Of a stretch of DNA of 64,000 bases, positions 30,880 through 38,802 are shown one piece after another. Numbering within the stretch: position 1 is the first letter of the stretch; every line of letters starts with the position of its first letter. The notes under the pieces are model-generated. The model saw nothing but the letters and a program-made list of their open reading frames with translations. It ran no database searches and was not told the DNA's origin. This DNA comes from an uncultured Acidobacteriota bacterium (GTDB taxonomy: Bacteria; Acidobacteriota; Vicinamibacteria; Vicinamibacterales; Fen-181): contig CAVORY010000004.1 in NCBI GenBank assembly GCA_963698725.1, positions 19,951-83,950 on the forward strand, written 5' to 3'. The position numbers were made by a program, and so were the translations under genes.

Positions 30880-31602
30880 GTGCGACGCGCCCTCCAGTTC
30901 GCCACGCTCTTCGCGGTGGTCGCCTCCGGGGCGATCGCCGCCACGCCGCAGGAGGTGACGCTCCGAACGGACGACGGCGTGGTGATTGCGGGCGCGCTGT
31001 ACCTGCCCGGCCGGCCCGGCCCCGGGATCGTCCTCGTGCACGCTCTGAGCCGGACGCACGAGGACTGGAACGCGGTGGCCTCGCGCCTCGCGGACGCGGG
31101 GTTCGTCGTTCTCGCGATTGACCTTCGCGGGCACGGCGCATCGGGGCCGCTTCCGGAGGGCGCCACCCTCGACGACCTGACGCCGATGGTGGCCGACGTC
31201 AGGGCCGCACGAGCCTTCCTCAAGACCCGCCGAGAGGCCATTCCCGGCCGCGTCGGGCTTGCCGGCGCGTCGATCGGTGCGAATCTCGCCATCCTGGCGG
31301 CTGCGGCAGACACGACCGTCCGCTCACTCGCGCTGCTGTCGCCCGGGACCGACTATCGCGGCCTGCGGCCGGAAGCGGCCATCAAGAAGTACGGCGATCG
31401 GCCCGCGCTGATCATCGCCAGCCAGGAAGACAACTACGCCACAGGTTCCGCCCGCCAGCTCGCCGTCGCCGGTGCCGGTCCAGGCATCGGCATCCGGGAG
31501 TTGCGTATTCTGAGTGGCGCCGGGCATGGCGCGGCGATGCTGGCGCGAGAGCCGGACCTCGCCTCGTCGCTGGTGGACTGGTTCAGGCGCACGCTGCTAT
31601 GA
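30880..31602 (+). CDS. Secreted alpha/beta hydrolase
   Basis: GTG 30880 with a signal-like N-terminus. Motifs: LAIDLRGHGAS, GLAGASIGAN (GxSxG nucleophile elbow), SGAGHGA. Confidence 0.7.
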   Translation: MRRALQFATLFAVVASGAIAATPQEVTLRTDDGVVIAGALYLPGRPGPGIVLVHALSRTHEDWNAVASRLADAGFVVLAIDLRGHGASGPLPEGATLDDLTPMVADVRAARAFLKTRREAIPGRVGLAGASIGANLAILAAAADTTVRSLALLSPGTDYRGLRPEAAIKKYGDRPALIIASQEDNYATGSARQLAVAGAGPGIGIRELRILSGAGHGAAMLAREPDLASSLVDWFRRTLL

Positions 31603-31629
31603 TCAGAAGATTCCCGGGGTGAACCAAAG

Positions 31630-32247
31630 ATGAAGCCTGAGTCGATCGTGCTCGCCGTGGCTGGAGCCTGCTTCGGCCTGATCGTCGGCTGGGTTCTTGG
31701 AAGCCAGCAGGCGGGGCCTGCTCGGTCCGCGGCCGCGCCCGCCGCCGTCCAGCAGGCCGCGCCCGCGCAAGGTCAGGCCGCCACGCCTCAGGCGCAGGCT
31801 CCGCGCCAGCTCGACCAGGCCGAAGTCCAGCGCCTCCAGGCAGCTGCCGAGAAGAACCCGACCGACCCGACGCCCCGCGTAGTTCTCGGGAACCTCTACT
31901 TCGACGCGGATCGATACGCCGATGCGGTCGTCTGGTACCAGCAGGCGCTGAAGATCAACCCGAACGACGCGAACGTCAGTACCGACCTCGGGGTGTCCTT
32001 CTACTACTCGAACGACCCGGATCGCGCGCTCCAGCAGTTCGAGGCGTCGCTCAGATCCGATCCGAAGCACACGAAGACGCTGCTCAACCAGGGCATCGTG
32101 AAGGCGTTCGGCAAGCAGGACCTGAAAGGCGCGGTGGCTGCGTGGGAGACGCTGATTCAGGTGTCGCCGGACTCGCCTGAAGCGGAAACCGCACGGAAAG
32201 CCCTGCAGGGGCTGAAGACGGCTCATCCGGAGCTCGCGGCCAAGTAG
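31630..32247 (+). CDS. Membrane-anchored tetratricopeptide (TPR) repeat protein
   Basis: An N-terminal TM (IVLAVAGACFGLIVGWVLG) and an Ala/Gln/Pro-rich linker are followed by TPR-like units (LGNLYFDADRYADAVVWYQQALKINPND..). Confidence 0.7.
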   Translation: MKPESIVLAVAGACFGLIVGWVLGSQQAGPARSAAAPAAVQQAAPAQGQAATPQAQAPRQLDQAEVQRLQAAAEKNPTDPTPRVVLGNLYFDADRYADAVVWYQQALKINPNDANVSTDLGVSFYYSNDPDRALQQFEASLRSDPKHTKTLLNQGIVKAFGKQDLKGAVAAWETLIQVSPDSPEAETARKALQGLKTAHPELAAK

Positions 32248-32268
32248 ACGGGCCAGAGGCCCCGCGCG

Positions 32269-32544
32269 ATGGGATTCCTGCTTCGCTATCTCCTGCTCTT
32301 CCTCCTGGGGATCCTGGTCCTCCGGGCGCTCGGGAGGCTCCTCACCGGCCTGATCGCCGGCGCCTCGCCGCCCGACCGGAGCCGCCGGAGCGGGCCTCCG
32401 GAACGGGGGGTCCAGATGGTCCGCGACCCGGTGTGCGGCACGTTTCTTCCTCCGGACTCGGCCTTGAGTCTCGCCGAGCGCGGCGGCGCCGTCCGCTACT
32501 TCTGCTCCGAGAAGTGCCGAGACGCCTACAGGGCACGCGGGTGA
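32269..32544 (+). CDS. Small membrane-anchored TRASH/YHS-type metal-binding domain protein
   Basis: An N-terminal TM (FLLRYLLLFLLGILVL) is followed by DPVCGTFLPPD...YFCSEKCRDAY, the Cys pattern of TRASH/YHS domains. Confidence 0.55.
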   Translation: MGFLLRYLLLFLLGILVLRALGRLLTGLIAGASPPDRSRRSGPPERGVQMVRDPVCGTFLPPDSALSLAERGGAVRYFCSEKCRDAYRARG

Positions 32545-33512
32545 AGCCCGGCGTCCTTCTCACGCGTCGCATTCCGCCGGCCGTAATGCAGCGCCTGGAA
32601 GAGGCGTGCGCGGTCGACCGGCACGACGCCGACTGCGCCATCCCGCGACACGAACTGCTCGCCAGGGTCCGCGGCAAGCAGGCGCTGCTCTGCCTGCTGA
32701 CCGATCGGGTTGACGCCGAGGTCCTGGATGCCGGATCGGACCTGAAGATCGTCGCGAACATCGCCGTCGGCTTCGATAACGTCGACGTGGCGGCGGCGCG
32801 CCGGCGCGCCGTGGTCGTCACCAATACCCCGGATGTGCTGACAGAGGCGACCGCCGAGTTCACGTGGGCGCTGATCCTCGCCGCCACTCGGCGGGTCTCA
32901 GAGGGCGAGCGCCTGCTGCGAAGCGGGGAGTGGAAGGGGTGGGCGCTCGACTTCATGCTGGGCATGGAGCTGCGCGGCAAGCAGCTGGGGATCATCGGGC
33001 TCGGCCGGATTGGCGCGGCCGTGGCGAAGCGGGCACCAGCCTTCGGCATGCGCGTGGCGGCCTGTTCGCTGGACGGCGCCGAGCCGCCGTGGCCAGGAGG
33101 TGCCGTTCCGCCGCCCGTCGAGATGATGGCGCTCCAGGACCTTCTGGGCACTTCGGATGTGGTCACGCTCCACGTTCCGCTGACACCCTCCACCCGCAGG
33201 CTGATCGACGACCGAGCGCTGTCGTGCATGAAGCGATCGGCGTTCCTGGTGAACACATCGCGGGGGCCGGTTGTCGACGAAGCGGCGCTCGCCGCGGCGC
33301 TTCGGGAGGGACGGATCACCGGGGCGGCGCTCGACGTCTACGAACACGAGCCGCGCGTGCACCAGGACCTCGTGGGCCTCGAGAACGTCGTCCTGGCGCC
33401 GCACCTCGGCAGCGCGACGACGGAGACGCGGACCGCGATGGCTGCGCTCGCCGTCGAGAACGTCCTCGCCGTGCTCGGCGGCCGTCCTCCGCTGACACCG
33501 GTCGGCGTTTGA
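32541..33512 (+). CDS. D-isomer-specific 2-hydroxyacid dehydrogenase (glyoxylate/hydroxypyruvate reductase-like)
   Basis: GTG 32541 overlaps the upstream stop. Motifs: GIIGLGRIGAAVAKR (NAD fold), LVNTSRGPVVDE, APHLGSAT. Confidence 0.8.
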   Translation: MKPGVLLTRRIPPAVMQRLEEACAVDRHDADCAIPRHELLARVRGKQALLCLLTDRVDAEVLDAGSDLKIVANIAVGFDNVDVAAARRRAVVVTNTPDVLTEATAEFTWALILAATRRVSEGERLLRSGEWKGWALDFMLGMELRGKQLGIIGLGRIGAAVAKRAPAFGMRVAACSLDGAEPPWPGGAVPPPVEMMALQDLLGTSDVVTLHVPLTPSTRRLIDDRALSCMKRSAFLVNTSRGPVVDEAALAAALREGRITGAALDVYEHEPRVHQDLVGLENVVLAPHLGSATTETRTAMAALAVENVLAVLGGRPPLTPVGV

Positions 33513-33518
33513 GACCTT

Positions 33519-34178
33519 ATGCCCTCAGCATCGCTGCCCATCGCCCAGGTGATGCGCGCGCTGTCCCGCGCGATCACGGACCACGAACTTCCCGCTGTCG
33601 AGAAGATCGCCAAGTCGCGACAGCAACAGGCCTTCCACGTGCTGATCGGCACGCTGCTTTCGGCGCGCACCCAGGACGCGACGACCGCCGCGGCCTCGGA
33701 GCGGTTGTTCCGCGCCGCCGCCACGCCCGCAGCGATGGCCAGGCTCGCGCCGCGCCAGATCGAAAAGCTGATCTACCCGGTGAGCTTCTACCGCAACAAG
33801 GCGCAGCACGTGCGCGCGACGTGCCGGCTGCTGCTGGACCGGTTCGACGGCCGCGTGCCAGGCACGATGGCAGAACTGCTCACGCTGCCGGGCGTCGGTC
33901 GCAAGACTGCCAACCTCGTGCTGATTCTCGCGTTCGGGAGCCGCGACAACATCTGTGTCGACACGCACGTCCACCGGATCTCGAACCGGCTTGGATGGGT
34001 GAAGACCCGATCGCCCGAAGACACCGAACAGGCGCTCTACCGCGTCGCGGATCGCCGCTGGTGGGCCGACATCAATCTTTACCTCGTCACGTGGGGCCAG
34101 AACGTCTGCCGGCCGATACGGCCGCGCTGCGCCGCCTGCGTCATCAGCCGCTGGTGCCCGAGGGTGGGGGTCCGATAG
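33519..34178 (+). CDS. nth: Endonuclease III
   Basis: LIGTLLSARTQD, LPGVGRKTANLVL (HhH-GPD), VDTHVHR, and the FeS cluster CRPIRPRCAACVISRWC (C-x6-C-x2-C-x5-C). Confidence 0.85.
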   Translation: MPSASLPIAQVMRALSRAITDHELPAVEKIAKSRQQQAFHVLIGTLLSARTQDATTAAASERLFRAAATPAAMARLAPRQIEKLIYPVSFYRNKAQHVRATCRLLLDRFDGRVPGTMAELLTLPGVGRKTANLVLILAFGSRDNICVDTHVHRISNRLGWVKTRSPEDTEQALYRVADRRWWADINLYLVTWGQNVCRPIRPRCAACVISRWCPRVGVR

Positions 34179-34343
34179 TCGGGGCTGACGATGGTCAGTC
34201 GGGGCTGACGATGAAGGGTCGGGACTGACGATGAAGGGTCGGGACTGACGATGAAGGGTCGGGACTGACGATGAAGGGTCGGGACTGACGATGAAGGGTC
34301 GGGACTGACGATGTCAGTCGGAACTGACGCGGTCAGTCGGGAC
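34177..34343. repeat. 20-bp tandem repeat array (GGTCGGGACTGACGATGAAG), about 8 copies, between convergent genes
   Basis: Four identical units span 34217-34296, flanked by diverged units (agtcggggctgacgatggtc, ggtcgggactgacgatgtca, gtcggaactgacgcggtca). The array starts in the nth stop codon and ends in the last codons of the DUF72 gene. Confidence 0.95.
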
Positions 34344-35307
34344 GATTCGGGATGCCCAGATCGAGCAGCGACGATGGCGAGACGATGTCTCGGAGTTCCG
34401 GGTACGCGTCGAGCATCTCCTGGCGATACTCGCCCGGTACGGGCTGACCGAGCTCGTGCTTGAGGATCGCCGCGTTGACCACCGCCTTGGCGGCGAAGTG
34501 GTTGTTCAGGTAGAGATAGGCCTTCCGCTCATCCGAGCGGCCGACGGTCGCGGCCGCCGCGAACGGCTTCAGCTCCTCGCGCGAATACAGGTAGTTGTAG
34601 CGATCTTCCGCCGCGTCTGGCGACCACCATTGGGCGGCGTTGCGCCCGTGCAGGCGCATGTACGAGAAGCAGTGGAGGTCTGGCGCCACATCCTGGCGAA
34701 TCGAGGACCGGAACTTGGGTTCGTCGATTTGCACCCAGGCGGCCTGGAATCGTCCGAGCAGCTCCGTCGTGGTCGCGGTGGCGTCGCTCCATGAGCGGTG
34801 ACGGAGTTCGACGGCGACGGGGTAGTCGCGAAGCGTGTCGAGGAGACCGGCGACGTACTCCAGAGATTCCTGGTTGCAGTGGAACCCTGGCGGGAACTGC
34901 ACGAGCACGGCCCCCAGCTTGCCGCCCGCGACGATCGGATCGACCCCCGCCTTGAACAGATCCGCCTCGCCCGGCGCCGGCCGCGGGATGGCGGAGGCCG
35001 ACCGGGCCGTCCCCGCGGCCGCCGGCCCCCGCCCGACCGGGGTGACGTGGGTGAACGCCTGGTAGAGCTTGACCGAGAACTCGAAGCCCGCCGGCGTCTG
35101 CGCGACCCACCTGGCGGTCGTGTGAGCGCTCGGCTGGCGGTAGAAGGTCGAATTCACCTCGACGGTATCGAAGTGCTCCGCGTAGAACGACAGTTCGTCA
35201 GACGCCCGGAAGCCCCTGACGCCGCGCCGCGGATAGAAGATCCCGCTCCACGTCCCCCGCCCCTCGGGGTAGCTCCAGCCGGACGTTCCGATACGGATAC
35301 TCGTCAT
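34333..35307 (-). CDS. DUF72 domain-containing protein
   Basis: ORF 34333..35424 trimmed to ATG (comp. 35305-35307); the longer ORF reads through 16-bp repeats. Motifs: IRIGTSGWSYPEGRGTWSGIFYP, FDTVEVNSTFYRQP. Confidence 0.8.
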   Translation of the reverse strand: MTSIRIGTSGWSYPEGRGTWSGIFYPRRGVRGFRASDELSFYAEHFDTVEVNSTFYRQPSAHTTARWVAQTPAGFEFSVKLYQAFTHVTPVGRGPAAAGTARSASAIPRPAPGEADLFKAGVDPIVAGGKLGAVLVQFPPGFHCNQESLEYVAGLLDTLRDYPVAVELRHRSWSDATATTTELLGRFQAAWVQIDEPKFRSSIRQDVAPDLHCFSYMRLHGRNAAQWWSPDAAEDRYNYLYSREELKPFAAAATVGRSDERKAYLYLNNHFAAKAVVNAAILKHELGQPVPGEYRQEMLDAYPELRDIVSPSSLLDLGIPNRPD

Positions 35308-35392
35308 CTTGCGATCTTGCGAAGTGGCGATCTTGCGACCTGGTGACCTCGCGACCTGGTGACCTCGCGACCTGGTGACCTCGCGAAGTGGT
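35308..35392. repeat. Tandem repeats: GATCTTGCGA words followed by (GACCTGGTGACCTCGC) x3
   Basis: Sequence is cttgcgatcttgcgaagtggcgatcttgcgacctggtgacctcgc gacctggtgacctcgc gacctggtgacctcgc gaagtgg. It lies between the DUF72 start and the ArsC-like stop. Confidence 0.9.
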
Positions 35393-35404
35393 GCACCGGG
35401 GTCT

Positions 35405-35785
35405 TCAGTTCGCGCGATCCCCACCTCGCAATACCGCGAGATTCTGTTCCGCCGTCAACCCTTCGTACTGGGCCTTGTCGAACCCGAAAACCACCCGCCG
35501 TCCCGCGACGAGGACGGGTCGCTTGATCAGGTTCGGCTGCTCGAGCATCAGGTCGATCGCCTGCTTCCTGGTCGCCGGAAGCGGCCGTTCCTTCCAGACC
35601 GGGCTGCGCCGGCTCAGGAACTCGAGGAAGCGGCGCTCGTCGACGTGCTTCTCGAGGAAAGCTCGAGACGGAGGCTCCTTGACGATGTCCCGGTCATCGA
35701 CGTCGATGCCGGCCTCTGCCAGGAAACTCCTGGCGTTGCGGCAGGTGGTTCAGGTCGGTTTGCAGTAGAAGAGCGGCTTGGCCAT
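35405..35785 (-). CDS. ArsC/Spx/YffB-family thioredoxin-fold protein with in-frame TGA at the CxxC position (candidate selenoprotein, UxxC)
   Basis: Not in the ORF track. My translation is MAKPLFYCKPT[TGA]TTCRNARSFLAEAGIDVDDRDIVKEPP...DLMLEQPNLIKRPVLVAGRRVVFGFDKAQYEGL..RAN*. The TGA is at comp. 35750-35752. The frame is open and family-like on both sides of the TGA. Confidence 0.6.
35707..35743 (-). promoter_or_regulatory. Candidate bacterial SECIS hairpin downstream of the in-frame UGA
   Basis: The mRNA reads UGCCG-CAAC-GCCAGGA-GUU-UCCUGGC-AGAGGC-CGGCA. The upper stem is 7 bp, the lower stem 5 bp, GU is in the apical loop, and the loop lies about 21 nt 3' of the UGA. Confidence 0.45.
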
Positions 35786-35828
35786 GGGACGATCATAGCC
35801 GGCCACCGCTACACTACAATACGGAAGA

Positions 35829-36470
35829 ATGCTGACGGTGAACGAGGTCTTCCATTCGATCCAGGGCGAGTCCACCCACGCCGGGCGTCCATGCGTGTTC
35901 GTCCGGCTGACCGCCTGCGACCTGCGTTGCGCATGGTGCGACACGCCCTACGCGTTCACGGAGGGGCGCAAGCGCGAGGTCGCCGACGTGATGGCCGACG
36001 TGGCGTCGTACGGATGCCGGCTGGTCGAGGTGACGGGTGGCGAGCCGCTTCTGCAGCCGGACGTGTACTCGCTCATGCAGGGCCTGCTGGACGCCGGATA
36101 CGAGGTGCTGGTCGAGACCGGTGGCCACATCTCGATTGAACGCGTGCCGGCCGGCGTCGTCCGAATCATGGACGTCAAGTGCCCCGGCAGCGGCGAGGCC
36201 GGGAAGATGTGCTGGGAGAATCTCGCGAGGGTCGGCCCGCGTGACGAGGTCAAGTTCGTGATCCGCGACCGGGCGGATCACGAGTACGCGAAGGCGGTCA
36301 TGCGGCGAGGCGACTGGGCGTCCCGCGTGGCCGCGATCCTGTTCTCGCCCGTGCACGGCCAGTTGCCACCGGCCGAACTCGCCGCCTGGGTACTGGCCGA
36401 CAGGCTGCCGGTCAGGGTACAGCTGCAGGTGCACAAGTACATCTGGCAGTCGGGGACGCGCGGCGTCTAA
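35829..36470 (+). CDS. queE: 7-carboxy-7-deazaguanine synthase (radical SAM)
   Basis: VFHSIQGEST, CVFVRLTACDLRCAWCDT (CxxxCxxC), EVTGGEPLL. Confidence 0.9.
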   Translation: MLTVNEVFHSIQGESTHAGRPCVFVRLTACDLRCAWCDTPYAFTEGRKREVADVMADVASYGCRLVEVTGGEPLLQPDVYSLMQGLLDAGYEVLVETGGHISIERVPAGVVRIMDVKCPGSGEAGKMCWENLARVGPRDEVKFVIRDRADHEYAKAVMRRGDWASRVAAILFSPVHGQLPPAELAAWVLADRLPVRVQLQVHKYIWQSGTRGV

Positions 36471-36605
36471 GGAGGAGACCGCGATTCGGGATCGCGGCAG
36501 GCAAGGGTCCGTCGGCCTGCCGCGACTCAGTATCGCGGTCTCTCGGATAGTCGGGCGGCCGAACCCGATCCGGTTCGGGTCTGCCGGCGAAAAGGGAGAG
36601 GGTTC

Positions 36606-37355
36606 ATGTTCGCTCGGCCCCGCGCCATCGTGCTCCTGAGCGGCGGCCTCGACTCGGCCACCGCTGCGGCCATCGCCCGGAGCGACGGATTCGACCTCTT
36701 CGCCCTGACGATCGCCTACGGCCAGAGGCACCGCGTCGAGGTCGAGGCGGCGAGGGCGGTGGCGCGCGCCCTGGGCGCGGCGCGGCACGTGGAGCTGCAG
36801 GTGGACCTGTCGGCATTCGGCGGGTCGGCCCTGACCGACCGCATCGACGTGCCGAAAGACCGCGACCTGGAGGGGACCGGCATCCCCGCCACCTATGTGC
36901 CCGCGCGAAACACGGTCTTCCTGTCGCTGGCGATGGCGTGGGCGGAGGCGGTGGGAGCGCACGACATCTACATCGGCGTGAACGCGCTCGACTACTCGGG
37001 CTATCCGGATTGCCGGCCCGAGTTCATCGCCGCGTTCGAACGGCTGGCGGCGCTCGCCACGAAGGCCGGCGTGGAGGGCGCGACGCTCCGCATTCACGCG
37101 CCGCTGATGCGGATGACCAAGGCGGAGATCATCGGGCGAGGGATCGAATTGCGGGTGGACTACGCCCTGACGCACAGCTGCTACGATCCCGACGCTGGCG
37201 GCGCGCCGTGCGGCCACTGCGACAGCTGCAGGCTTCGAGCGAAGGGATTCGCCGAGGCGGGCATCGCCGATCCGGCGTTGAAGGACGGGCGGGTTCGCGA
37301 AGGCCACCAGGCGCCAGCCGCGAGCCGCAGGCCGCCAGCCGCGGGGGGGGCCTGA
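36606..37355 (+). CDS. queC: 7-cyano-7-deazaguanine synthase
   Basis: [13 protein letters not shown] (PP-loop), [17 protein letters not shown] (Zn cysteines). Confidence 0.9.
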   Translation: MFARPRAIVLLSGGLDSATAAAIARSDGFDLFALTIAYGQRHRVEVEAARAVARALGAARHVELQVDLSAFGGSALTDRIDVPKDRDLEGTGIPATYVPARNTVFLSLAMAWAEAVGAHDIYIGVNALDYSGYPDCRPEFIAAFERLAALATKAGVEGATLRIHAPLMRMTKAEIIGRGIELRVDYALTHSCYDPDAGGAPCGHCDSCRLRAKGFAEAGIADPALKDGRVREGHQAPAASRRPPAAGGA

Positions 37356-38545
37356 TGTCCCATCGCATCTACTACACCGACGCGCAGCAGACCGACTTCG
37401 ACGCGGTCGTGACTGGAGCCGCGAGCCTGAACGGTCGGGCCGCGGTCTCGCTGGATGCGACGGCGTTCTATCCGCTCTCCGGCGGTCAGCCGTGCGACAC
37501 CGGGACGCTCGGCGACGCGCTCGTCGTCGATGTCGTCGAGTCTGACGACGGTGAGGTGTGGCACGTGCTCGACCGCGAGATCGCGGTCGGGAGCCGCGTG
37601 CACGGGGCGATCGACCGGGCCCGGCGGTTCGATCACATGCAGCAGCACACCGGCCAGCACATCCTCTCCGCGGCGTTCGACAGGCTCAGCCGGGCCCGCA
37701 CGGTCGGCTTCCACCTGGGCGCCGTCGTCTCCACGCTCGACCTCGCCATCCAATTGCCCGCCGAGGCCGTCGCCGCGGCGGAGGCCGAAGCCAATCGCAT
37801 CGTCTGGGAGGACCGCCCGATCGGCATCCGGTTCGTGTCCGACACCGAGGCCGCGGCCCTGCCGCTCCGCAAGGAGCCGGGCCGCGGCGGCACGCTCCGC
37901 GTGATCGACGTCGAGGGGTACGACATGTCGGCGTGCGGAGGCACCCACGTGTCGCGTACCGGCAGCGTGGGGCTGATCGCCATCCTGTCGGCCGAACGCC
38001 TCCGCGGCGGCGTTCGCGTCGAGTTCGTGTGCGGCGGCCGCGCACTGACGTTCCTGCGGACTTTTCGCGATGCGGTGGCAGGCTGTATCCGGCACGTGTC
38101 GGTCGCGCCGCAGGAACTGCCCGCCGCGCTCGAGCGGCTGCAGGCCGAGAACAAGGAACAGCGGAAGGCGATGCGTGACCTGCAGGAACGACTCGGCGAC
38201 TACGAAGCCGCGGCGCTGGCGGCTGATGCCGAAACGGTGAGCGGCGTCCGCCAGGTGGTCCAGGCGCTGGACGGCCGCGACCAGAGCATGCTGAAGAGCA
38301 TGGCGCTGGCCATCTGCGGCGCGCCCGGCTTTCAGGTTGCGCTCTTCACCACCGCCCCGCCGTACAACGCGGTGCTCGCCCGATCCAAGGACGGGAAGAG
38401 CGACTGTGCGGCCGCCCTCAAGGGGCTGCTGGCGGCGTTCGGCGGACGGGGCGGCGGGAAGCCTGAACTCGCCCTTGGCGGCGGCTTGACGGGCGACCTT
38501 GCGCAGATCCTCGCCGCCGCCCGCGCCGAGTTCGGACGGACCTGA
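37355..38545 (+). CDS. alaX: Alanyl-tRNA editing protein (AlaX-L type, with DHHA1-like C-terminus)
   Basis: ATG 37355 overlaps the queC stop; only this part of ORF 36938..38545 is credible. Motifs: HTGQHILS, MSACGGTHV (editing-site metal motifs), GGRGGGKPELA. Confidence 0.8.
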   Translation: MSHRIYYTDAQQTDFDAVVTGAASLNGRAAVSLDATAFYPLSGGQPCDTGTLGDALVVDVVESDDGEVWHVLDREIAVGSRVHGAIDRARRFDHMQQHTGQHILSAAFDRLSRARTVGFHLGAVVSTLDLAIQLPAEAVAAAEAEANRIVWEDRPIGIRFVSDTEAAALPLRKEPGRGGTLRVIDVEGYDMSACGGTHVSRTGSVGLIAILSAERLRGGVRVEFVCGGRALTFLRTFRDAVAGCIRHVSVAPQELPAALERLQAENKEQRKAMRDLQERLGDYEAAALAADAETVSGVRQVVQALDGRDQSMLKSMALAICGAPGFQVALFTTAPPYNAVLARSKDGKSDCAAALKGLLAAFGGRGGGKPELALGGGLTGDLAQILAAARAEFGRT

Positions 38546-38802
38546 CGCAGCTCCGCCAGCCAACCACAGAGGACACGGAGAACACGGAGACGGGCGCGCG
38601 TCACACGTGTCCGCGTGACGGTCGATCGGGCTTCGACGCCGGGCCCACGGGCCCGGGCGGGGAGCCGTGCGTTGCGCGCACGAACCCGTCTCGACGCAAA
38701 CCGGGCTCGCGCGTGCATCGCACGGCTTCCCGCCAGCCGCCCCGGCGAGGCCGGGGCGCCGTCGAAGCCCTCCGCGAGGGAGCCTCCGTGCTCGCTGTGC
38801 TC

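Noticed and set aside
35815-35820. TACAAT box 9 nt upstream of the queE ATG (leaderless queE mRNA)
   Set aside because: It has no TG extension or -35, and the spacing would force a leaderless or 1-2 nt leader transcript. This is possible but unsupported by anything else in the sequence.
36559-36605. preQ1-I riboswitch directly upstream of queC
   Set aside because: The position and a small hairpin plus an A-containing tail near the SD are suggestive. However, I cannot match the conserved loop and tail nucleotides of preQ1-I (or II/III) from memory. It is reported only as an unexplained structure.
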